Origin: Heterodontus francisci
Taxonomy: Eukaryota
NCBI RefSeq assembly: GCF_036365525.1
Contig: NC_090416.1
Span: forward strand, 16,588,945 to 16,652,944
Direction of reading: 5' to 3'
Length of the DNA: 64,000 nucleotides
How positions within the stretch are numbered: the first letter of the stretch is position 1; each line of letters begins with the position of its first letter. The translations under genes were made by a program, and so were the position numbers. The notes under the pieces were generated by a model. The model saw only the letters and a program-made list of their open reading frames with translations. It had not been told where the DNA came from and did not search any database. Positions 63,276 through 64,000 of this stretch are shown here, in pieces.

Positions 63276-63793
63276 TAAAATCGAAGACGTTTAAAATAGT
63301 TAACTCTGCTTGAATATTTTTTATTAAATCTGCCCAAAAGAAAAATCCTCAAATCGCCAATATTCGTACAGTTAACCACTGACTTGCACCAATATCCACC
63401 TCAACTCACCCCCAAACCCCCACAAAAAAATAACAGAGCAATTTGAATTCATGTCATCTTTATTAAAACAGCCACACACACAGAGATACACTTTTCAATT
63501 CTAACAAATGGTACTACTGAGAGAAAGGAGAGAGGGAGTAGAACCCATCCAGCTCCAAATGGGAATGTACTCCCGGGATAGGTGTTCCTGATATTCACTG
63601 TCACCCACCTGCGCCCCCCAGTTAAAATTGGATCCAAAATTGGATCGTTAAACTGCGATTGAAGTGACTGTTTCAACATCGTTGGCCACATTTGCTACAG
63701 TGATTACATTGTAAAACAACAACAACAACATTCCACATATTGAATAATATTTCATCAGCAATAAATCAAACTCTAAGCCCCAGTTGCCCCCTC

Positions 63794-64000
63794 TCAGTCG
63801 GAACAAGCGGTGGAGCTGATGGTTTTGAGGAGAGGTGAGCTCAGAGAGCCGTGGTCCACACTGCAGGTATAGCTGGAGCCCTTATTCCAGGCAGTGGCGG
63901 GGACTCTCAGGTAACTGCTCAGGCTGTAGCTTTGATCACTGTCCGTGGACACGGTGCCTGTGGTCACCCCGCTGTCTGTCTCTTTATCATCCACTCTCCA
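63794..64000 (-). CDS. Ig light-chain constant exon, cluster 5 (3' part; rest outside window)
   Basis: DDKETDSG...YTCSVDH...ACSD*. Confidence 0.93.
   Translation of the reverse strand, partial: WRVDDKETDSGVTTGTVSTDSDQSYSLSSYLRVPATAWNKGSSYTCSVDHGSLSSPLLKTISSTACSD

Larger units (their letters stand above)
1..64000. repeat. Tandem segmental array of ~14.5-16.7 kb Ig light-chain units
   Basis: Colinear, highly similar units; C-to-C periods 16332, 16442, 16687 and 14490 bp. Confidence 0.95.

Overview
Eukaryotic (cartilaginous fish, shark-type) immunoglobulin light-chain locus. The window is about four tandem copies of a 14.5-16.7 kb unit (C-exon stop codons at 16175, 32617, 49304, 63794). Each unit carries a compact minus-strand promoter-L-V-J-C cluster of about 2.7 kb. 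V has a 12-bp-spacer RSS and J a 23-bp-spacer RSS. Sequence and organisation fit the elasmobranch type I / NS5 / sigma-cart isotype, from recall rather than a database search. Clusters 1-3 have intact unrearranged L, V and J. Cluster 4 has lost J, V, L and the promoter in a ~1.8 kb deletion joining two poly-G runs, leaving an intact orphan C. C1 and C5 are cut by the window edges. Spacers contain a near-full-length, disabled CR1 LINE, CR1/L2 fragments, HE1-like and Deu-type SINEs, 33-bp and 39-bp VNTRs and (TCTA)n tracts. Best candidate for something undescribed: each spacer appears to hold a fossil, oppositely oriented (+ strand) light-chain cluster. It consists of a clear inverted copy of the V octamer promoter, then leader/intron-like, V-like and possibly C-like relics in the correct order, split by ~7 kb of retroelements. 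The units are also sequence mosaics, and V differences are almost all non-synonymous while J and C are nearly identical.
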